The notes beneath the pieces were generated by a model. The model was not told the DNA's origin. It searched no databases and was given only the letters and a program-made list of their open reading frames with translations. DNA of 28,729 nt from Candidatus Saccharimonadales bacterium (GTDB lineage: Bacteria > Patescibacteriota > Saccharimonadia > Saccharimonadales > JBDTJP01), in assembly GCA_039935755.1 (NCBI GenBank), contig JBDTJP010000081.1, forward strand, positions 1 to 28,729, given 5' to 3'. Shown piece by piece: positions 1 to 7,519 of the stretch. The position numbers and the translations under genes are program-made. The number at the start of each line of letters is the position of its first letter. Position 1 is the stretch's first letter.

Positions 1-1050
1 GATAGCGCAAGTACATCTACCAATGTAGATATTACTGCTCAGACAGGTATCGCGTCGGCCGATATTGATAGTAAAATCGTTCCAGGTTACGTAAAGACTA
101 TCAAAAAGACTGATACCGAAAAGGTGGTTGCAACCGGACAACGCGATGACGGCACTAAGGCAACCGGTAAACTAACCCTACAAGTCACTGACTGTGCTCA
201 ATCTCAAGTAACCGTACCTGCCGGAACGACCGTATCAGCAAATGGCCTTAATTTTATCACTCAGTCCGATGTAACGCTTGAGACTATACGGATAGGGAAC
301 AAATGTAGGAATAGCGATTTCCCTGACGTATCCTCGGGTACTGTTAGCATGACTGCCAGCAGCGCGGGTGATAAGTACAATTTGGCTGCCCAGACATATG
401 CCGTTGCCGGTTTTTCTAATGTTACAAGCAAGGGCAGCGATACTACTGGTGGAACTAGTAAAATTACCCAGATTGTTAGCCAGACAGATGTCGATAATGC
501 CAAACAAAAGATACTGGACAGGCTTAACGCTGCTGCCACCTCCGACTTTAAGTCACAATTTTCTGCGGATAACATTACTGCCCTAACAGATACACTAAGT
601 TCCGATGAGCCAGCTGTAGCTAGCACTCCTAACGTAAACGACCCCGGCAGTGAAGTAACGGTATCGTTAAGCGCTAACTTTAGCCAAATGGGCGTTAAAT
701 TAGATGATCTAAAGAAGATTGTCGAAGTTGAAGCTAAAAAGAGCATCGATACCAGCAAGCAAGCAATATCTGACTATGGACTTGCCAATGCAGTTTTCCG
801 GGTTAGCAATAAATCAGCAACTAGTGCCAGTTTTAATCTACAAACCTTGGTTAAAACCGGTCCACAACTTGATGCAAATAATTTAAAAAAGGAAATTGCC
901 GGTAAAAAGAGGGGTGAGATAATCAGCAGCCTAGAGTCGAGGCCCGGTATTACTAATGTCGAGGTTAAGTACAGCCCGTTTTGGGTCCACTCAACACCTA
1001 AGAATATCAAGCACATTACCATAATATTTGATAAGCCCAATGAGAAGTAA
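1..1050 (+). CDS. Baseplate J/gp47-like domain protein, 5' truncated by the window edge
   Basis: Frame 1 is open from base 1 (DSASTSTNVDITAQ...) into the listed 124..1050 ORF. The segment ATGKLTL...TVPAGTTVSANGLNFITQSDVTL...MTASSAGDKYN resembles the baseplate-J pattern (GT-x-V...F-x-T...A-x-x-x-G-x-x-x-N). Family call is from recall, not a search. Confidence 0.65.
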   Translation, partial: DSASTSTNVDITAQTGIASADIDSKIVPGYVKTIKKTDTEKVVATGQRDDGTKATGKLTLQVTDCAQSQVTVPAGTTVSANGLNFITQSDVTLETIRIGNKCRNSDFPDVSSGTVSMTASSAGDKYNLAAQTYAVAGFSNVTSKGSDTTGGTSKITQIVSQTDVDNAKQKILDRLNAAATSDFKSQFSADNITALTDTLSSDEPAVASTPNVNDPGSEVTVSLSANFSQMGVKLDDLKKIVEVEAKKSIDTSKQAISDYGLANAVFRVSNKSATSASFNLQTLVKTGPQLDANNLKKEIAGKKRGEIISSLESRPGITNVEVKYSPFWVHSTPKNIKHITIIFDKPNEK

Positions 1051-1462
1051 TGTTCTGGGATTGGACGTAGGATCTGAACGCGTAGGTGTTGCGTTAGTGA
1101 GGGGTGATGTCAGAATTCCGGTGGTTTTAACTACTCTGCAGCGTAAATCAGATGATTTTTGGGATCAATTACGCGAATTGATTAAGGAGCACGACGTTAC
1201 AACCTGTGTTTTGGGTCTGCCGAGGGGCCTAGATGGCCAGGAGACGCAACAGACGGCCTCTGCAAGGGCTTTTGGGTCAGAGCTGGCCAAATCCTTTAGT
1301 GGCACTATTAATTGGCAGGACGAGGCCCTGACGTCGGTAAAAGCTAAAGAATATTTAAACCTACAAGGTAAACCTTACCAAAAAGCTGACGTTGACGGTG
1401 TGGCGGCAACTATAATACTGAGTGACTACATAAACGACAATGAGGTTAATCATAGTGAATAA
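1040..1462 (+). CDS. ruvX: Holliday junction resolvase-like / pre-16S rRNA nuclease RuvX (YqgF)
   Basis: LGLDVGSERVGVA, VLGLP, QDEALTS and VDGVAATIIL match YqgF motifs. ATG at 1040 overlaps the end of the upstream gene. Confidence 0.93.
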   Translation: MRSNVLGLDVGSERVGVALVRGDVRIPVVLTTLQRKSDDFWDQLRELIKEHDVTTCVLGLPRGLDGQETQQTASARAFGSELAKSFSGTINWQDEALTSVKAKEYLNLQGKPYQKADVDGVAATIILSDYINDNEVNHSE

Positions 1463-2537
1463 GCATGATTTGCGCCTAAAAAGGCATAAACACGGCGCAG
1501 CCAAGCTGTGGCTGATTGTGGTAGCTGTTCTAATGTTATTTTTAGTGTCATCGGTCATCGTGATTCGAAACGTATACAACCGGAACTTGAAGCCGATTAG
1601 TTCATCGCAAAAGATTGTAATAGTAACAATTCCCAGCGGTGCCTCGGTAAGTCAAATAAGCAAGAAGCTACAAGATCAAGGAGTAATTAGGGCTTCATGG
1701 GCTTTTGAATGGTATGTACGCAACAAGAACTTCCGTGAGTCGCTGCAAGCTGGTACGTACAGCCTACGTCAAAATCAATCGGTGGCCGAAATCGTATCTA
1801 TATTAACTAATGGCAAAGTCGCAACAAATCTGCTAACTATACTGCCAGGGCAGCGGCTTGATCAGATCAAGAAGACATTTGTTAACTCCGGGTATTCGGT
1901 GGCCGAGGTTGATAAGGCGTTTGATCCGGCTTTATACGCAAACCACCCGGCACTAGTAGACAAGCCAGCTGGTGCAAGCCTAGAAGGTTATTTGTACCCG
2001 GATTCCTTCCAGAAGATATCTGAGACTGCTCCGGAGACGATTATTCGTGCTTCACTAGACGAAATGCAAAAGGCGCTCACCCCTGATGTCAGAGCCGGGA
2101 TTTTCAAGCAGGGGATTAGTTTGCAAGATGGAATAACTTTGGCGTCGATTGTGGAACAGGAAGTCAGCAATCCAAATGATAAGCCAACCGTAGCACAAGT
2201 GTTTTATAAACGACTTAGCATGGGCATGCCACTGGCATCTGATGTAACAGCCATTTACGGAGCGATAGTAGATGGCGTAAGCCTACCCGACAACCCTGCA
2301 CAGTACGCCGCCAAAGCCATAGCGTTTGATTCACCATACAATACGTATATACACGCTGGCTTGCCTCCTGGGCCCATAAGCAACGTATCTGTGGCATCCC
2401 TTAAGGCAGTGGCACACCCATCACCTACTGATTATCTGTATTTTGTAGCTGGCGACGATGGTATAACCCACTTTTCCCGTACATTCGAAGAGCACCAGGC
2501 GCTTATTAACCAACATTGTAAAAAGAACTGTGGCTGA
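1440..2537 (+). CDS. mltG: Endolytic transglycosylase MltG (YceG family)
   Basis: N-terminal TM segment, LEGYLYPDSF, ASIVEQE (catalytic Glu region), SPYNTY...GLPPGPISN, YLYFVA. An alternative in-frame start is GTG at 1455. Confidence 0.95.
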   Translation: MRLIIVNKHDLRLKRHKHGAAKLWLIVVAVLMLFLVSSVIVIRNVYNRNLKPISSSQKIVIVTIPSGASVSQISKKLQDQGVIRASWAFEWYVRNKNFRESLQAGTYSLRQNQSVAEIVSILTNGKVATNLLTILPGQRLDQIKKTFVNSGYSVAEVDKAFDPALYANHPALVDKPAGASLEGYLYPDSFQKISETAPETIIRASLDEMQKALTPDVRAGIFKQGISLQDGITLASIVEQEVSNPNDKPTVAQVFYKRLSMGMPLASDVTAIYGAIVDGVSLPDNPAQYAAKAIAFDSPYNTYIHAGLPPGPISNVSVASLKAVAHPSPTDYLYFVAGDDGITHFSRTFEEHQALINQHCKKNCG

Positions 2538-2572
2538 ATATCTCTTAACAGGGGTGGGCAGAACTTAGGTAC

Positions 2573-2601
2573 TTGCTATTGCTTGCTGACTTTGCTATAT
2601 T
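2573..2601 (+). promoter_or_regulatory. Sigma70-type promoter for the LysM/CHAP gene: TTGCTA-N17-TATATT with extended TG
   Basis: TTGCTA at 2573-2578, TG at 2593-2594, TATATT at 2596-2601. Implies a 5' UTR of about 185 nt. Confidence 0.6.
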
Positions 2602-2629
2602 AAATCTCGTAGTTATTTTGCTATAACCT

Positions 2630-2763
2630 CAGGTACTAACCTGTTAAGTATGGTAAAGAGCTACCCTGTTATTGTTTTCCAATATAAGTAGGGCGGTCGA
2701 ACTCCCTACATCATAAATTAAGACCCAATAACAGCGTTTCGTGTCGATTTCACAAGACACACG
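2630..2763 (+). ncRNA. Structured cis-regulatory leader RNA, candidate lysM-TM7-like motif
   Basis: Stems seen directly: CAGGT/ACCTG (2630-2634/2639-2643), GGTA/TACC (2652-2655/2662-2665), CTGTTATTG/CAATAACAG (2666-2674/2726-2734) enclosing GTAGGG/CCCTAC (2688-2693/2704-2709), and GTGTC/GACAC (2741-2745/2756-2760). Lies upstream of a LysM gene. Confidence 0.55.
2726..2737 (+). repeat. CAATAACAGCGT, copy 1 of a 12-nt direct repeat flanking the LysM/CHAP gene
   Basis: Exact match to 3935-3946. Confidence 0.85.
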
Positions 2764-2793
2764 GAGTAAATAATTCGTAGTCAAACATCTGTA

Positions 2794-3924
2794 GTGAGCC
2801 GAAAACTCACTACTCGAAGTAAAACAACCAGTAATGTTAGACGCCGTACAAAGCGTGTTTTCTTGCGTAGCCGGAAAAAGCTTATACGTTTGGCTTTAGT
2901 ATCCAGCAACTTGGCACTACTAGTTGGTGTTTTAGTTTTTGTTACTAGGGCTCCTAGTTCAGGCCAAGTTTCACTCCAGAGTGTAGTATCGAACAGCCAT
3001 GAGTCTAGCGAAGTTACTGGTCCAATGGATCAAGTATCGTCAGCTGATATCGCAGTTGATGTGGCCCGTACAATTGGTCTACCAGAATCTAACTCCGTAA
3101 CAAACCATGCCGACTCAGTGAATCTAGCTGTTGTTAGCACATCAGCCGATACCAGCGTTGTATCTAAACCACAGGTTATAGCCAGCGCATTACCAACCAA
3201 GAAAGACATACGTACCTACACTACCGCAGCCGGCGACACCATCAGTTCTATCGCCGCTAAAATGGGTGTTACATCCGACAGTATTCGCTGGAGTAACAGC
3301 ATTACAGGATCTAGAGACACTATTGCCGTCGGCAAACAGCTGATGATACCTCCAGCTGGCACAAGTGGGATTGTTTATGTCGTTAAAGCTGGTGATACAC
3401 CCGATAGCCTAGCCGCTAAATTCAACAGTAGCAAAGCCTCGATAGTCACCTTTAATGATGCAGAAATTGATGGCATAACTACAGGTGAGTCGATTCTTAT
3501 ACCGGACGGCTCTATTCAGGCTCCTGCCCAGACTACATCAGCTTACAGTTACTACGCATCCTCGTCATCTAGCCAGGGCTTTGCCTGGGGTGGCAGCTCA
3601 GCTATCTATGGACGCAATGGCTATGATTACGGCTACTGTACATGGTATGTGGCTAACCGTATAAATATGCCCGCTAACTGGGGTAATGCCGATACTTGGC
3701 CGCGTGGAGCAAGGGCTAGTGGCTGGACGGTATCAAACACTCCTCGCAAGGGCGCAATTGCCTGGGGAGCTCCTATACGCATGCACGTAGCGTACGTAGA
3801 GGACGTGTCGGCCGATGGTAGCATGGTTAAGTACTCAGATATGAATAACTTGGCTGGTTGGGGCCGACGCGGAGACAGTGATTGGGTCCCTGCTAGTTAC
3901 TTCCCAGGCTACATCTACCAGTAG
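2794..3924 (+). CDS. Membrane-anchored peptidoglycan hydrolase with two LysM domains and a C-terminal CHAP domain
   Basis: N-terminal hydrophobic helix. LysM repeats YTTAAGDTISSIAAKMGVT and YVVKAGDTPDSLAAKFNSS. CHAP catalytic motifs GYCTWYV (Cys) and HVAYVE (His). GTG start. Confidence 0.9.
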   Translation: MSRKLTTRSKTTSNVRRRTKRVFLRSRKKLIRLALVSSNLALLVGVLVFVTRAPSSGQVSLQSVVSNSHESSEVTGPMDQVSSADIAVDVARTIGLPESNSVTNHADSVNLAVVSTSADTSVVSKPQVIASALPTKKDIRTYTTAAGDTISSIAAKMGVTSDSIRWSNSITGSRDTIAVGKQLMIPPAGTSGIVYVVKAGDTPDSLAAKFNSSKASIVTFNDAEIDGITTGESILIPDGSIQAPAQTTSAYSYYASSSSSQGFAWGGSSAIYGRNGYDYGYCTWYVANRINMPANWGNADTWPRGARASGWTVSNTPRKGAIAWGAPIRMHVAYVEDVSADGSMVKYSDMNNLAGWGRRGDSDWVPASYFPGYIYQ

Positions 3925-3934
3925 AGTGTCGTCA

Positions 3935-3946
3935 CAATAACAGCGT
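3935..3946 (+). repeat. CAATAACAGCGT, copy 2 of the 12-nt direct repeat, 11 nt after the LysM/CHAP stop
   Basis: Exact match to 2726-2737. Confidence 0.85.
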
Positions 3947-3973
3947 GTCTATAGTGCTCATTCGTACTACCTC

Positions 3974-3982
3974 TGTTATAAT
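3974..3982 (+). promoter_or_regulatory. Extended -10 (TGTTATAAT) 7 nt upstream of the obg ATG, leaderless-type promoter
   Basis: TATAAT at 3977-3982, ATG at 3990, no SD in between. Confidence 0.65.
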
Positions 3983-3986
3983 CTGA

Positions 3987-5261
<1,275 letters not shown>

Positions 5262-5262
5262 T

Positions 5263-6714
5263 ATGGCGCTCAGTCTCTTCTTTTATGATCTAGAGACCTC
5301 GGGGATTAGCCCGCGTGAAGCTAGGATAATGCAGTTTGCTGGCCGGCGAACCGACTTAAATATGAAGCCAATCGGCGAACCATACAACTATCTGATAAAA
5401 ATGACTCCAGATATATTGCCAGATCCTGAGGCAATCCTGCTAACTGGCATAACTCCTCAGGCGACTATAGCCGATGGGCTAACCGAAGCTGAGTTCTTAA
5501 AAATATTTACTAAAGATATTGCTACAGCAGAAACTGTGTTTGTTGGTTACAACACGATTCGTTTTGACGATGAGTTCATGAGGTTTTTGCATTATAGGAA
5601 CTTCTACGATGCATATGAGTGGCATTGGGCAGATAAGCGTGGACGTTGGGACCTTTTGGATGTGGTTCGCATGACCCGCGCCTTGCGCCCTGACGGAATA
5701 AAATGGCCAGTTGATGATAACGGCAAAGCCACTAATACTCTTGTTGGCCTTAGTACTATGAATGATCTAGAGCATAGTCATGCCCATGATGCATTAAGCG
5801 ATGTTGACGCGACCATAGCGCTAGCAGCGTTATTACAAGCGCAACAACCGAAGTTATTTGAGTATTTATTTGCTCATAGAGATAAAAAATCAGTTGAGCA
5901 GTTAGTCCTTAACGATAAGCCATTTGTTTACACTAGTGGTAAATACCCGGCAGAATTCGATAAGACCACTGTAGTCCAGAGTGTCTGTAGCCATGAGAAA
6001 AAAGGCGGGGCTGTTGTTTATGATTTACGTCATGACCCTATCCCTTTTACTAAAATGTCACCAAAAGAACTTGCAGATATGTGGCAGCACTATTGCCGTG
6101 AATGGCCTTGCCCGCACCCAAAACTACCTGTTAAAACTCTGCAGTTTAACCGCTGCCCAGCAGTAGCACCGATTAGTGTTCTTAATGATGATAATCAAAA
6201 ACACATAGGCTTATCGATCGATACCATAAACAAAAACCTCGCTATATTAAACGCAAACCCAGAGTTTAAAAATAACATTAGCAAAGCTGTTGTGCTGATG
6301 GATGACAAGCGCCAGGCTTCTAGCGCCCAGCAAGAACCAGTTGATGTCGATAACCAGCTGTACGATGGCTTTGTTAGCGCGGCCGGTGATAAGACATCTA
6401 TGAGCGTAATTAGGGCAAGTAGCTTACTAGATATAGCCGAACTAGAGCCGGCCTTTAAGGATCAACGGTTAAATAACCTTTTGCCATTATACAAGGCTCG
6501 TAATTATCCTAGCGAATTGAGCACTGATGACATTATAAAATGGGATGAGTTCAGGCAGCAACGCTTGCTCGGAGCCGGTAACTCTAGCCGAGCGGCTAAA
6601 TACTTTGAAAAGCTAGGCAAGCTAGCTGAGGGCAGTAACTTAACACCCGAACGTCAGTTCATTTTGGAAGAGCTACAACTGTACGGCCAGAGTGTTCTAC
6701 CGACTATTGACTGA
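5263..6714 (+). CDS. sbcB: Exodeoxyribonuclease I
   Basis: DEDDh motifs FYDLETSG, GYNTIRFDDEF and HAHDALSDV, plus the ExoI-typical NRCPAVAP. ATG at 5263 lies 1 nt after the obg stop. Confidence 0.93.
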   Translation: MALSLFFYDLETSGISPREARIMQFAGRRTDLNMKPIGEPYNYLIKMTPDILPDPEAILLTGITPQATIADGLTEAEFLKIFTKDIATAETVFVGYNTIRFDDEFMRFLHYRNFYDAYEWHWADKRGRWDLLDVVRMTRALRPDGIKWPVDDNGKATNTLVGLSTMNDLEHSHAHDALSDVDATIALAALLQAQQPKLFEYLFAHRDKKSVEQLVLNDKPFVYTSGKYPAEFDKTTVVQSVCSHEKKGGAVVYDLRHDPIPFTKMSPKELADMWQHYCREWPCPHPKLPVKTLQFNRCPAVAPISVLNDDNQKHIGLSIDTINKNLAILNANPEFKNNISKAVVLMDDKRQASSAQQEPVDVDNQLYDGFVSAAGDKTSMSVIRASSLLDIAELEPAFKDQRLNNLLPLYKARNYPSELSTDDIIKWDEFRQQRLLGAGNSSRAAKYFEKLGKLAEGSNLTPERQFILEELQLYGQSVLPTID

Positions 6715-6898
6715 CGATAACTGTAGCTTCTACCTTAGACTCGGTAACCAGCTCGTTGATTTTTTTGTTTAATGAGTGGCGATGCTTTTTGGCAGTAAGT
6801 ATAAGCACATAGACCGCCATGGCAGCGATTATAATCTCGAAGAGGTTAAGTTGAGTGTTGGTCCCCGGTATTAAGCCCAGGACAATGAAATCCATCAT
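6704..6898 (-). CDS. Small single-pass membrane protein of unknown function
   Basis: MMDFIVLGLIPGT..., a hydrophobic stretch IIIAAMAVYVLILTA, then basic KKHRH. Start could be 6895, 6898 or GTG 6910. Confidence 0.5.
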   Translation of the reverse strand: MMDFIVLGLIPGTNTQLNLFEIIIAAMAVYVLILTAKKHRHSLNKKINELVTESKVEATVIVSQ

Positions 6899-6913
6899 AT
6901 ATAATCTCACAAA

Positions 6914-6941
6914 TAATGTAGTATAGTTTTATAATACATTA
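6914..6941. repeat. 28-bp imperfect palindrome (11/12-bp arms), possible operator or terminator
   Basis: TAATGTAGTATA-GTTT-TATAATACATTA. Contains TATACT on the minus strand (6920-6925) and TATAAT on the plus strand (6930-6935). Confidence 0.7.
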
Positions 6942-6970
6942 AATTGTAGATATGTCAATAAGGTCACATA

Positions 6971-7366
6971 CTATTTAAAATGCTTAAGCAATCTTTTAAG
7001 ACGCTCTCGGTTGCCTAGGAACAAACTAATTGCCAATATAATGATGCCAATTGCTAATCCGCGTACAAAATTACCGGTGACGTAGGCTAGCAGTATCACG
7101 CCACCTGTAAAGGCCAGAACGCTAATTGTATCTATAGCAAGTCGCCAGCCTGGGTGGTCGTTGAATACCCGTTTCGACAAGCTAAGTCCACTTTTCTGAG
7201 CTTTTTTAAGCCAGCGTCTAGCCCATTCATGATTGATGGACAGCAAGCTTAGCCCGGCTATAAATAGTGGTATTCCACCTGGCCCGGGTACCCAACCGAA
7301 TAATATGGAGCCAATAATTAGTAGAATTCCAGCGGTGTCCGTAGCTATTATTTTGAATAATCTCAT
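6971..7366 (-). CDS. PGPGW-domain-like membrane protein
   Basis: FGWVPGPGGIPLFIAGLSLLSINHEWARRWL matches the PGPGW family pattern, with four hydrophobic segments. ATG at 7366 is preferred because TGCTAGGCT (extended -10) ends 7 nt upstream. Confidence 0.75.
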   Translation of the reverse strand: MRLFKIIATDTAGILLIIGSILFGWVPGPGGIPLFIAGLSLLSINHEWARRWLKKAQKSGLSLSKRVFNDHPGWRLAIDTISVLAFTGGVILLAYVTGNFVRGLAIGIIILAISLFLGNRERLKRLLKHFK

Positions 7367-7460
7367 AGTATCTAGCCTAGCATAAAAGTCATGACTCAAG
7401 GCTTAGCGATTAATAAGCATAACCGGAACATCTAATTGTAGTTTTTACATTTTGATGGCA

Positions 7461-7500
7461 TAAGCCAGCAAGTTACGGTTCCGTATGATAATATGGCTTA
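7461..7500. promoter_or_regulatory. Nested inverted repeat overlapping the putative helicase promoter
   Basis: TAAGCCA (7461-7467)/TGGCTTA (7494-7500) encloses TACGG-TT-CCGTA (7474-7485). -10-like TATGAT at 7484-7489; SD-like AGAGAGGGA just before the ATG at 7520. Confidence 0.55.
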
Positions 7501-7519
7501 AGAAGAGAGGGAAATAAAA

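Noticed and set aside
2608-2793. c-di-AMP (ydaO) riboswitch identity for the LysM leader
   Set aside because: The gene context fits, but I could not find the characteristic conserved ydaO sequence elements by eye. Left as an unassigned structured leader.
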